IMG/VR virus record: IMGVR_UViG_3300028607_003036
Coordinates: 4,039-68,038 of that record
DNA from: a virus
Strand: one strand, 5' to 3'
DNA: 64,000 nt
The position numbers and the translations under genes are program-made. Shown in pieces: positions 28,443 to 37,793 of this stretch (positions are counted from its first letter, which is position 1; each line of letters opens with the position of its first letter). The notes beneath the pieces were generated by a model, which saw nothing but the letters and a program-made list of their open reading frames with translations, ran no database searches and was not told the DNA's origin.

Positions 28443-30270
28443 CTTTTTTTCTCCCTCTAAATGGTGCTTCTAAAAAGTTTTTTAGTAACGAAGGTAATGT
28501 GTTTAAATTAATTTCTAATGGATGTTGACGAGCAATTTCATCTATTGCATTTAATATATCATGTTTTTGATATTTGTGCAAAGGGTGATTAGGTGGTACT
28601 GGGCCATATCCAGTTGGAAGTTTCGGAACATTTACTGTTTTATAAGTATTTGGTCTAACCATTGGTGGTGGCACTTTAGCGTCAGTAGCCCCTGTTTCAA
28701 CAACTGATTGTGTTTTTTCACCTAATACTTGATCAACATATCTAACAATCTTTGGCCAAAGAATTCTATCAATAATTATATCGTCTATTGGACCAGGAAT
28801 ATTGTCTGTTATTCTATCTACTATCTTTCCTAGACCTTTTTTGCTTTTGTTCCATAACATCAGTAAAACTCCCCCTAAAATTCCAAATCCTAAAAAGATC
28901 GCACGTTCTAACAATACACCATTTCCGTTAGTAATTGTATCAAGTGGATGAATTAACTTTTCCTTTAATCTAGATATTATAGATATTTTACCTTTTATAT
29001 TTTCATTTATCAAACCTAGTTTTCCTAGTAGCCCTTTATTATTTTCGTCTAAATGTTCATTTCTTTCAGCCAATGCTTTGTTTTCAACCGATTTATCGGT
29101 TAGATATTGTGCTAGACCTCCGTTAGCATTTTTTTCTATATCAAGTAATTCTTTTAATGAGACTATATCTTCTATTAGTTTATTTTTTTCAATAATAGAA
29201 ACGTCAAGATCATTCTTAATATGATTATATTCTTCAGTAAGTTCTTTTATTTTAGCTTCCAGCTCAGTTATTTTATCATTAGGTACTGGTTCAGTAGGAT
29301 CTTCTCCCCCAGGAGGAGTAGGCCATGGAGCAGGATTTTGTTCACCACCATTATCGGGTGGCTTTTGCCTACCTCCACCACCAAACCACTCAAATGGATT
29401 ACAACTTCCTCCAGGACAAGGACCGGCATGAGGACAGTAATATTGCCCGTTTTTTTTGGTGTGCTGTCTAAATGAATGCCCACATGTTCCACAATTAGGT
29501 AGTTTCGTTGGTTTATTAGCACGTGTAGATGGTAATGGTTTTATAACTCTTTGATAATAGCTGGGTAAGTTTATATTACTTATTACTTGTCCCAGTCTAA
29601 TCTTATGAATTAATTTGTTAGATAAGCCAGCCCCCCTATCTTGCGTACTCCATGCTAAAAGTATAGCTACTCTTGTTTGCATTTCTCCATTTTTATCAGG
29701 TATATCTACAACAATACCCGTTCCAGATTCCCCTCCTATAGTTTTTGGGAAAAATTCAGTAGCTCCACTACTTTCATAAGCTGTAGTAATATGTCCTGTC
29801 CAACCCCTTGCCCAACCACCATTTGCACATCCAACAGCCCTAATTATTTGTCCATTTTTTAACTCATAATCGGCAGGGGCTAATGGAATTACACGAGGAT
29901 GATTTATATTATTGAATATAGATTGAGGAATCCAAAGTAAAGCAATATCTATTGATGTATTCCCATTAAATCTTCTCCAAATTACTTTAGCTGAAATGGG
30001 GTTAGAAATACGTCCATTACGGAAAAATTCTATAGATACTGTATTATCATTTCCGACTACATGATAATTTGTCTGACAGAAAAATCCAGGAGGATAATTC
30101 ACGCCTTTATAGGTAAAGGGCAGCGTTTTTTTGATTACTGTAGCAGTTCCACGCCCATTTGATGAAGAAACTCTTGCTGTTGCCTCAGATATTTGTTCTA
30201 AAGTTAATGATTTACCATAACCTATTGCTGGCATTAACAATATTATGAGGGATATAGTTATGTTTCTCAT
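28435..30270 (-). CDS. Exported trypsin-like serine protease with Cys/Pro linker, coiled coil and TM helix
   Basis: Signal peptide; TNYHVV, DIALL, GESG catalytic triad; TM AIFLGFGILGGVLLMLW. Confidence 0.8.
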   Translation of the reverse strand: MRNITISLIILLMPAIGYGKSLTLEQISEATARVSSSNGRGTATVIKKTLPFTYKGVNYPPGFFCQTNYHVVGNDNTVSIEFFRNGRISNPISAKVIWRRFNGNTSIDIALLWIPQSIFNNINHPRVIPLAPADYELKNGQIIRAVGCANGGWARGWTGHITTAYESSGATEFFPKTIGGESGTGIVVDIPDKNGEMQTRVAILLAWSTQDRGAGLSNKLIHKIRLGQVISNINLPSYYQRVIKPLPSTRANKPTKLPNCGTCGHSFRQHTKKNGQYYCPHAGPCPGGSCNPFEWFGGGGRQKPPDNGGEQNPAPWPTPPGGEDPTEPVPNDKITELEAKIKELTEEYNHIKNDLDVSIIEKNKLIEDIVSLKELLDIEKNANGGLAQYLTDKSVENKALAERNEHLDENNKGLLGKLGLINENIKGKISIISRLKEKLIHPLDTITNGNGVLLERAIFLGFGILGGVLLMLWNKSKKGLGKIVDRITDNIPGPIDDIIIDRILWPKIVRYVDQVLGEKTQSVVETGATDAKVPPPMVRPNTYKTVNVPKLPTGYGPVPPNHPLHKYQKHDILNAIDEIARQHPLEINLNTLPSLLKNFLEAPFRGRKKDA

Positions 30271-30271
30271 T

Positions 30272-31030
30272 TTATATCTCTTTATTTATATCTGATTTGA
30301 AGCTATTGCCAAAATATTCCTCCATGCGTTGTTCTCCTAAAAATAGGCCTATATCATAAAGAAGTGCACTTTTGCCCATATATGGGATGGGCATTCCATT
30401 CCATGTTACTATTTGGACATTAATTCCTATTAGTTCATAATCTTTATTAAACAGAGGTCCACCAGAATTTCCATAAAAAATATGAGTATCGTGTTGCAGA
30501 TAAATACTTTTATTTGGCAATCTGGTTATATGACCAACACCAATTCTTAGATCTCCTAGTGGATATCCTATCGAATAAACCTTATCGAATAGGGCTATTT
30601 GATTAGTAAAATATGACTTAGCAACTGGAAACAAGTTTTTTCCCGTTTGTATCTTAAAAATTGCTATATCTAATTCAACGTCCGAAACTACTAAATGTCC
30701 CACCGTTGTTATTCGTTTGATTGGATGACCAAGTTCATCATAATTATACCATCTGCAAGGTAGTATCTTTTTGGTTCTAGATCTCAGTTGATAACCTGTG
30801 TAAACATGATTTGCCGTTATAGCATATGCAAAATTTTTTGTTCTTTTTGTTCCATCACGAATGATAATTTCCTCATTCCATGACTTGATAACTATACCCG
30901 AACCACCCATAAACTGAACTGTAGGATAAAGCATATCCTGATGTTTATGATGGGTGTTTGGATCAATTGCGTAAATAGGCGTACAAAATAAAGCTATTAA
31001 AGTCAATAGTAGTAAAGTCTTATGTCGCAT
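30272..31030 (-). CDS. Exported trypsin-like serine protease
   Basis: Signal peptide; TANHV, DIAIF, GNSGGPL. Confidence 0.92.
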   Translation of the reverse strand: MRHKTLLLLTLIALFCTPIYAIDPNTHHKHQDMLYPTVQFMGGSGIVIKSWNEEIIIRDGTKRTKNFAYAITANHVYTGYQLRSRTKKILPCRWYNYDELGHPIKRITTVGHLVVSDVELDIAIFKIQTGKNLFPVAKSYFTNQIALFDKVYSIGYPLGDLRIGVGHITRLPNKSIYLQHDTHIFYGNSGGPLFNKDYELIGINVQIVTWNGMPIPYMGKSALLYDIGLFLGEQRMEEYFGNSFKSDINKEI

Positions 31031-31048
31031 TATGTTCTCAGTTAAAAG

Positions 31049-31122
31049 TGGCAGATGCAGGAATCGAACCTACTTCAACTCTAGCTTATGAAGCCTGAGA
31101 GATAACCAACCTTCCACCTGCG
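31049..31122 (-). tRNA. tRNA with CAT anticodon (Met, initiator-like), CCA not encoded
   Basis: CGCAGGT/ATCTGCC acceptor stem with a 1:72 mismatch, TTCATAA loop, GTAGG-TTCGATT-CCTGC T arm. Confidence 0.85.
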
Positions 31123-31131
31123 ATACTCTAT

Positions 31132-31141
31132 ATTATACACC
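31132..31141 (-). promoter_or_regulatory. GGTGTATAAT motif upstream of the tRNA
   Basis: TATAAT ends 9 nt before the tRNA 5' end; no TTGACA at -35. Confidence 0.6.
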
Positions 31142-31192
31142 GAAATTAGTACTCATAATGAAAATATCTAGCATATTAGAATTGGATTTTCT

Positions 31193-31834
31193 TCATCCAT
31201 CTTTTAAAATTGTAAAAAGATAATTGGTTAATGGGGAACGGGATATATCTGCGGGAGACGTTCTTTTATCTGGAGCAAAATGAACCAAATCTGTAAAATT
31301 ATCTCTAACACAGTAAGAAATAGCACTTGAACATATAGGGTATACTTTCCTATTTTCCTCAAAGTCCCAAGGCATAAAAAATCTTAAAATTGGAATGTGA
31401 CGTGCCCAAATTTCACAAATCCTTTTGTAACCATAATTTATACCACTAAGATTTCTCAAACAATTAGATACTAATCTACCATCGTATTCTAGTTTTATCT
31501 TTTCTATTTGTAAAATGTAGTTTTCATCTATCTTTGATTTATATTTATAAACAGGTGAACTTATTCTATAAACGTCTATACCATTAGTATTAGAATTAAC
31601 TGCATTTTTTAGTACTATTGTCCTACCACCGTACCATTCACGAATTTCTGTTAACTCTAATATATCTTCTCCATTATAACTCCAAGTCGCCATGCCAATA
31701 TGAGAATATTTTCCATTTGTAAGCGTTTGAATAATAAATGCAATAATTCCTTTATTTCTAAATAAAAGAATATCACCCTCTTTAATTAATTTTTTTTCTA
31801 AAATTTTAGAAAATGGTATATAAATGTATTTCAT
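31193..31834 (-). CDS. Permuted papain-like amidase (YiiX/YaeF, C92, NlpC/P60 superfamily)
   Basis: GDILLFR, YSHIGM, YGY, ICSSAISY. Confidence 0.85.
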   Translation of the reverse strand: MKYIYIPFSKILEKKLIKEGDILLFRNKGIIAFIIQTLTNGKYSHIGMATWSYNGEDILELTEIREWYGGRTIVLKNAVNSNTNGIDVYRISSPVYKYKSKIDENYILQIEKIKLEYDGRLVSNCLRNLSGINYGYKRICEIWARHIPILRFFMPWDFEENRKVYPICSSAISYCVRDNFTDLVHFAPDKRTSPADISRSPLTNYLFTILKDG

Positions 31835-31876
31835 TAGTTGTTTTGTGCTATGAGTTTACAAAGACTCAGTGGCCAT

Positions 31877-31906
31877 AAAAAAATACTCCCCATAAAAATG
31901 GGGAGT
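31877..31906 (-). terminator. Rho-independent terminator
   Basis: ACTCCCCA-TTTTTA-TGGGGAGT then A and T7, just after the 31917 stop. Confidence 0.85.
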
Positions 31907-31916
31907 TTTAAAAAGA

Positions 31917-32528
31917 TTATCTAGTTGTTTTAACCTCATAGTCACCTGACGCTGGCAAAGGTCCGCCTTCCAAAAAGGCAAGTTCTCCTGGAATAAAACT
32001 TACAGAACTAGAACCGGCTCTTGCCGCATCATCATTTCCGAATGCATCATTAGTATTAAATATACTAGGATGAGTCAAATCTGACAAAGGTTTTCCAGTT
32101 GAATAAGAATAACCGGCAGTTACGACATGAGTTGATCTAATAGTTTCAACAAAGTTGACGCCTCTTCTTTTCCCACTATCAGCACCCGTAGTATTTAGTA
32201 CATCATCAGTAGCACCAGCAACGGACATTCCGCCCTGACCCATCATGATATAATTTCCTTCAACTTGATCGTTGAAAGTTCTACTAGAAATTGCTGCGTG
32301 AGCTAGGTTATTAGCCAAATCTCCACTAGCAGTTGTAGATTGAGTTTGAACTTTATTGTCTGGATTTCTATCCAGTGACGCAAGAGTAGCATTACTTGGA
32401 GCTACGGTTACAACGTCAGTTGAATCAATCGCTCCTCCACGAGCGACGGTTGCTCCATTCAAGCGGATGTTATTAGCTGAAATTACTTTACGTGTACCAT
32501 CGGAAGCATTACTCATAATTTTATCCAC
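31917..32528 (-). CDS. Gly/Ala/Ser/Thr-rich protein, possibly a virion component
   Basis: Composition, plus its own promoter-like motif and terminator. Confidence 0.55.
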   Translation of the reverse strand: MDKIMSNASDGTRKVISANNIRLNGATVARGGAIDSTDVVTVAPSNATLASLDRNPDNKVQTQSTTASGDLANNLAHAAISSRTFNDQVEGNYIMMGQGGMSVAGATDDVLNTTGADSGKRRGVNFVETIRSTHVVTAGYSYSTGKPLSDLTHPSIFNTNDAFGNDDAARAGSSSVSFIPGELAFLEGGPLPASGDYEVKTTR

Positions 32529-32577
32529 GCATATGTGTTATTTTTATCTCCTTGTTAAGTTCCTTTACTTAAAATCC

Positions 32578-33129
32578 TTATTCCTTATAATTATACACCA
32601 AATCTTTGATTTTGTAATCCCATATACCATCAATAAGTTTTAAACTTTTAGCTTTATCTGCAATCATGTATTCACCACTATTGCGAATATCTTTTAATTT
32701 TTGAATAGAAATTTTTATTCTTTTAGATAAGGATTTAATATATTTTGATTCTTGTATGTTTATATGTTTAGATAAGCTTTGATATTCTTTTCTTGGACCT
32801 TCTAAACCCATTGAGACTTCATGAAACATAATAGTACTATTTGATGATGCATATCTATAATCTCCAGCAAGTAAGATCTCTGCCCCCATTGAGCAAGCTT
32901 CGCCTAAAACTATAGTATATATTACAGATTTACAATTCCTTATACAGTCAATAATTGAAAATCCATCGTAAATATTGCCACCATCACTATTTATATAGAT
33001 AAAGATGGGCAATTCGGAATTTTTATAATCTAATAAATGTAAAGATTTATTTATACTAAGTGCTAATTCTGTCTCAATTTCACCATAAATAAATATTTCT
33101 CTATATTTTAGAAGATGATCATCTTTCAT
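32578..33129 (-). CDS. clpP: ClpP-like protease
   Basis: YINSDGG, ACSMGA (Ser), IMFHEV (His). Confidence 0.92.
   Translation of the reverse strand: MKDDHLLKYREIFIYGEIETELALSINKSLHLLDYKNSELPIFIYINSDGGNIYDGFSIIDCIRNCKSVIYTIVLGEACSMGAEILLAGDYRYASSNSTIMFHEVSMGLEGPRKEYQSLSKHINIQESKYIKSLSKRIKISIQKLKDIRNSGEYMIADKAKSLKLIDGIWDYKIKDLVYNYKE
32590..32599 (-). promoter_or_regulatory. GGTGTATAAT motif
   Basis: Within the last codons of clpP, about 62 nt upstream of 32528. Confidence 0.5.
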
Positions 33130-33785
33130 TTTTTATTATCCAGATATGATTGTAAAACTCCTCCCACATTAAGGATTGCTAAATTATAGATTGAAATTTT
33201 GTTTGTGAAATCGTCAGATAGTGTATTATCTCCAATAAAGTCTATTTTTTCATTTGGTAGTACTAATATTGCCCAATATTTATACTTTTTAGATAATTTA
33301 TTTCTAGTACGTGTAACTTTTGCTTTTAGCTTTCCTTTGATTTCTATATTATATTGATCAACTACTTCTAAATCATGTGTTAATTCATTATGTAATCCAC
33401 ACAACTTATTTTCAATACCAATCCTTATTTTTCTGAATTCAGAAGCATTTTCCCATAACTTTCCAATAATAATACGAAACTCATATTTTGAAACTCTTTC
33501 AACCACATCCACACCAGGAACGCTGTGTATTTTTTGTATAGAGTAAGGAGTAATCTCAAAATTAGTATGTCCAATCCACATATCTGGATCTATAAATTTA
33601 GAATTTTCAACACGTTGTTGCATCATCATAGGAATCATAAAGTCCATGGGTGGGTGAATCATTATTTCATTGTCTTCAGACCATTCTTCTTCATTTGTTT
33701 CTTTAAATTTATTATCATTTTCCATTTTTTCTATCATTTGTTTGAATGGGTCTATCCAATGAACCCAGGAAACCTGTTTATTCAT
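33126..33785 (-). CDS. Hypothetical protein
   Basis: 219-aa ORF with an acidic, Met-rich N-terminus. Confidence 0.75.
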   Translation of the reverse strand: MNKQVSWVHWIDPFKQMIEKMENDNKFKETNEEEWSEDNEIMIHPPMDFMIPMMMQQRVENSKFIDPDMWIGHTNFEITPYSIQKIHSVPGVDVVERVSKYEFRIIIGKLWENASEFRKIRIGIENKLCGLHNELTHDLEVVDQYNIEIKGKLKAKVTRTRNKLSKKYKYWAILVLPNEKIDFIGDNTLSDDFTNKISIYNLAILNVGGVLQSYLDNKK

Positions 33786-34669
33786 GAATTTTCCTTTATT
33801 AGTTGTTCGAAGTAAGAGGAATCTTTCGCATCTGCAAGATTTAGAGTGTAGTCTTTTATTTCTGGTTCTTCTAGTTTATTCTGAAACTCAGTTCTTTCTC
33901 TTTTACTTAAATTTGTACTTTCACTACTCTTTATTTCACACAATGAAGCCAACAACTTTCTCTCTTCCCTACTATAAGATACACCGTAAAGAACATAGTC
34001 TTCAAACGCTTCCCAAGCAAGAGGACAAATTTCTTTAACCATTACTGCTATTTTTTCAGCATATTGTCTAATTTCCCATTGTGCATGTTTGTCTAATCGT
34101 AACATCAAAAAGTTAAATAAGCTGCGAAGATTAATTTGCCAATAAAAGTAGGTATAAGTAGTTAATGGAAGATCCATTCTTGCTAATTCTCGTGTTACAC
34201 CCTTGTCTAACATACATTTGTATAAATCTGTCGTATCTTGTCGTTGCATTTCTAAATTTGTAATAATATTTCGATATTCATCATCATCTAATTTTTCTAC
34301 ATCCTGTCCCTGCTTATTAGATTTCGACTGTTTCTTTAGGTTTTCCTGTTTAGGAGTATAATATAGTTGTGGCATGATAGAATATCTACCACTGTATTCG
34401 TTCACCGAACTTATTCTATGACGGATTAATTGTCGCATTACAAGAATTGGACATGCAATGTGAAATTTAAACATCGGCATTTCTAGTGGAGAACCGTGGT
34501 TGTGTCGTATTAAATATCTAATTAATCCACGATCATCGCTTCTCTTTTTGGTTCCGGCCCCGTATGATACTCTTGCCGCTTGTACTATAGAATCATCGCC
34601 ACCCATATAATCTTTGAGAGCTATAAATCCATGATCTAATACTGGAAAGTATTTATCAAGTATATCCAT
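33782..34669 (-). CDS. thyX: FAD-dependent thymidylate synthase
   Basis: HGSPLE, RQLIRHRISSVNEYSGRY, RELARMDLP, HAQWEIR; AGGAG SD before 34669. Confidence 0.97.
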   Translation of the reverse strand: MDILDKYFPVLDHGFIALKDYMGGDDSIVQAARVSYGAGTKKRSDDRGLIRYLIRHNHGSPLEMPMFKFHIACPILVMRQLIRHRISSVNEYSGRYSIMPQLYYTPKQENLKKQSKSNKQGQDVEKLDDDEYRNIITNLEMQRQDTTDLYKCMLDKGVTRELARMDLPLTTYTYFYWQINLRSLFNFLMLRLDKHAQWEIRQYAEKIAVMVKEICPLAWEAFEDYVLYGVSYSREERKLLASLCEIKSSESTNLSKRERTEFQNKLEEPEIKDYTLNLADAKDSSYFEQLIKENS

Positions 34670-34670
34670 T

Positions 34671-34904
34671 TTACTCCTTTTGATATATATGTTCTGTTTT
34701 AAAATGAATACATCCAAAATTCTCCCCTGTTATAAAACTAGCATCATAACATTCATTATCACAATAAAGAAGACTGTCTTTTGGTTGATCATCAATTAAG
34801 CAAAACATGAAGTTGTTGTCATATATAAATTTTTTATTACTACATATTCCAAAACAAGATTCATCCTGTCTTTCCCAAAACTTACAAATGTTACATTTGT
34901 TCAT
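34671..34904 (-). CDS. Cys-rich hypothetical protein, paralog of 37359-37772
   Basis: CxxCKFW...FGICSNKK...YCDNE...TGENFGCIHF. Confidence 0.75.
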   Translation of the reverse strand: MNKCNICKFWERQDESCFGICSNKKFIYDNNFMFCLIDDQPKDSLLYCDNECYDASFITGENFGCIHFKTEHIYQKE

Positions 34905-35320
34905 AATATTTGACCCACTTCATTAATAATTTCTAATTCATACTTATCAAATTTTTCATCTTCTAATATCTCGGTAAATGATATCCACTTGAATGGTTCT
35001 TGTGGTTTGGCATCTACTAAAATTATAGTTCCGTACACTATATTAATCTCTTTTTCTAAACTTTCTGAACAGTCCAGTCCAGTTATCATTCTATCTTTTA
35101 CTTTTTTAAGTGGAATTTGACTTTTACCCAACCATTTTGTTTTAAAATTAAAAATATTAAAAATTAGTTCATTAACTAAATCCTCTATAGATATTTTATA
35201 ATCACGCAGATTAGCAAATGGGAGTTTATTTATTTCACTATTTATTAAATACATCGGTTCATTAGGATGACCCATATCTATTTTAGCTAATAGCAACACT
35301 AGATGAGCATCAATCTGCAT
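34901..35320 (-). CDS. Hypothetical protein
   Basis: 139-aa ORF. Confidence 0.65.
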   Translation of the reverse strand: MQIDAHLVLLLAKIDMGHPNEPMYLINSEINKLPFANLRDYKISIEDLVNELIFNIFNFKTKWLGKSQIPLKKVKDRMITGLDCSESLEKEINIVYGTIILVDAKPQEPFKWISFTEILEDEKFDKYELEIINEVGQIL

Positions 35321-35927
35321 TTTTCTTTAGCCTTTCTACTATCCGATTATACATTTGATGAGCATTTTGTCTAGTCTTATTTTGTATTTTCCCTATTTCT
35401 TTAAAAGTTTTACCTTCTACACGATATTTTATACAGAGTTTTTGACTATCTGTTAGTTTACTTTTATCTATCATAATTTCATTTAATTCATTTTCTTCTT
35501 GAATAATTAGATTTTCAAGTGGTTCTAATTCTCCGCTAGCTACCGTATCATATAGTCTAAAATTGTCTTTCATAGCAAAGTCTAGGCTTTTATTTTTTTT
35601 ATTTTTTAACTTATAAGCACTAGTAAAATAACTCTTAATAGAAAGTTGAGCACAATACATACGATAACTACTTTTATTCCTATGTTTTCCTGGACGATCC
35701 GGCGACCATCTCCAATCAGCCATCATAATATCATGGGCTACTTTTGATATAGCGTCTTCACTTTTTAACATTTTAGAAATTAAATCATATTTATTATTTT
35801 GAACACCATAATACTTGATATTTTTTTCTGCTAATTCTAAATACTCTGATAAATCAAGAAACTTGATATCTTTAGGATCTTGATACTTAATTCGTTGACT
35901 ATTAATATTTTGAATGTCGTAGTGCAT
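35310..35927 (-). CDS. Sigma-70-family RNA polymerase sigma factor
   Basis: Region-2-like EDAIS...ADWRWSPDR...SSYRMY; region-4 HTH LTDSQK...GKTFKEIGKIQNKTRQNAHQ. Confidence 0.75.
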   Translation of the reverse strand: MHYDIQNINSQRIKYQDPKDIKFLDLSEYLELAEKNIKYYGVQNNKYDLISKMLKSEDAISKVAHDIMMADWRWSPDRPGKHRNKSSYRMYCAQLSIKSYFTSAYKLKNKKNKSLDFAMKDNFRLYDTVASGELEPLENLIIQEENELNEIMIDKSKLTDSQKLCIKYRVEGKTFKEIGKIQNKTRQNAHQMYNRIVERLKKNAD

Positions 35928-35936
35928 TTTTACTCC

Positions 35937-37028
35937 TTATGATATGGCTTCTATGAGTTTCTCCGCCGTATTTTTCCATGAAAACTCCTTTGCCGTTTGA
36001 ATGCTACCAGTGTTGGAGATTAGCTCATCTTTATTATTATATGCATATCTCATATGAAAAATCAACTGTTCTTTTTGCGAATCATCAAATTTAGCCCAGT
36101 TTCCCACGTCACCATGAAACCACACCCCATCAAAAGCTGGTTCCATTTCATCTATTTGAATTAAAAGAGCGTTTCCTTCATTTACAAACTCCGTATGTCC
36201 TGAGAAATCAGTAGCAATTACATGCTTTCCACACGACATCATTTCAAGTAGTTCAAGATTCCACGCCTCAGCCTTAGCAGGAAATACTCCGCAGTCAGAT
36301 TCTTTCATTACTGCCGCAACTTCTTGCTGCGTCTGTACATATGGCAACAACTTGATTTTATCGGCAAGCTTAGAATTTTCTACCATTATTTTCCACTCTG
36401 GTAGTTGCTCCTGAATTTTAGGATGAGGACTTTCCCACATCATCCAGAGCTCAACATTATCAGTGGTTTCAAATGTATCGTTAAAACATTCTATGATTAT
36501 ATCCGACGATTTCCTTAACTCGATTTTCCCAACATTTAAAAACACATATGGCTTATCATTTTGTTTTTTGTTTATTGGAATGATATTTTTGTGTTCATTG
36601 AATATAGTTCGATCAACTCCCAATGGAACAACATGAATTTCATCGGGGGCTAAGCTTGTTTCTCTTTGCACTATCCATTTTGCCCATCCAGATGATACTA
36701 TAATTTCGTCACAGGATTCCATATGATTTTTTTCATTGGGACGAAATTTATCCAACTCAAAAAATGTAAAACCATATCTTTTTCCTCTTCCTACGTGTTG
36801 AGCTAGGTCAAATTGGTGCCATAACCTTATAGACGGTGCATTTGCATCAAATGTTTCTTGGTTCTTAATTAATTTTTGTAATAATTCGTGATGACAATTA
36901 TCAGCATCAATGCCAGCTATAGGCCACCAAGAAACTTTGTGTCCTAATTTATCTAGAGACAGAAGAATATTTAAGCCTGAAACACCGAATCCTGTTCGAT
37001 TACATGGTCCTGTGAAGTTTATATTCAT
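35937..37028 (-). CDS. Glycosyltransferase family 4
   Basis: NRTGFG, LNVGKIELRK, EAWNLELLEMMSCGK..IATDFSGHTE. Confidence 0.9.
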   Translation of the reverse strand: MNINFTGPCNRTGFGVSGLNILLSLDKLGHKVSWWPIAGIDADNCHHELLQKLIKNQETFDANAPSIRLWHQFDLAQHVGRGKRYGFTFFELDKFRPNEKNHMESCDEIIVSSGWAKWIVQRETSLAPDEIHVVPLGVDRTIFNEHKNIIPINKKQNDKPYVFLNVGKIELRKSSDIIIECFNDTFETTDNVELWMMWESPHPKIQEQLPEWKIMVENSKLADKIKLLPYVQTQQEVAAVMKESDCGVFPAKAEAWNLELLEMMSCGKHVIATDFSGHTEFVNEGNALLIQIDEMEPAFDGVWFHGDVGNWAKFDDSQKEQLIFHMRYAYNNKDELISNTGSIQTAKEFSWKNTAEKLIEAIS

Positions 37029-37126
37029 TATAAATTTTCCATTTTCTTTCTAATCTCGTTAATTTGTAGTTACTTTGTCTCTGAAATATTTTGTTCCACA
37101 CTAAATCTGTCTTTAAGCATTATATT

Positions 37127-37336
37127 CTACCCTTCCCCTCCGCAACACGCAGCCGTGCATAAGTCGGGGTTTTCCAATGGATCACAGCAGACCTGCTGCT
37201 TTTGAAGTTCGATTAGTCGGTCAAGGCGAACAACAACCAAAGAAGTTGAATATGCGATACCAATTAGTGCACCAAGAACAACACCCAAAATTATAAGAAT
37301 ATAGAAAAAAAGTAAAATATTACTGAAAAGTTTCAT
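37127..37336 (-). CDS. Small membrane protein
   Basis: Hydrophobic N-terminus and a Cys-rich tail. Confidence 0.65.
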   Translation of the reverse strand: MKLFSNILLFFYILIILGVVLGALIGIAYSTSLVVVRLDRLIELQKQQVCCDPLENPDLCTAACCGGEG

Positions 37337-37358
37337 CTACTCACCTCATTTTTTGATG

Positions 37359-37772
37359 TTATATTTTTTTATCAGTTTTAATTAAAACCGTCCCGTACCA
37401 TAGTTCCATTTGCTTCTCAAAATGTACACATCCAAATTCTTCGCCTGTATAATGGTATGCTCCATAAGCTTCGTTATCTGAATAAATTAACATATCAGTA
37501 GTAACAAGCTCAGATAAATCATCATCTTCTATATGTCCACCCGCACTAGTATAATGTATCTTTTCATTGCTACATTCACCAAAACTTGTAGGAATTTTTT
37601 CTGATTTTATTAATTTGGCTGATCCATTACGAGGTTTAGAAGTTCTATCATAATCTTTATATTTATGTATAGTTGTTTTATCTTTCCAACCCAAAATTTC
37701 TACTGTATTAAGAAATATCTTATTTCTTTTCCAGAATTTACAGTTCTTACACACCTCTTTCATGATGGTCAA
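37359..37772 (-). CDS. Cys-rich hypothetical protein, paralog of 34671-34904
   Basis: CxxCKFW...FGECSNEK...YSDNE...TGEEFGCVHF. Confidence 0.75.
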   Translation of the reverse strand: MTIMKEVCKNCKFWKRNKIFLNTVEILGWKDKTTIHKYKDYDRTSKPRNGSAKLIKSEKIPTSFGECSNEKIHYTSAGGHIEDDDLSELVTTDMLIYSDNEAYGAYHYTGEEFGCVHFEKQMELWYGTVLIKTDKKI

Positions 37773-37793
37773 TCGCTTTCCAGACTTTCGTCT

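Noticed and set aside
32578-33129. ClpP as the prohead protease of a head module
   Set aside because: No portal, terminase or major capsid gene is recognisable nearby, so the role is left open.
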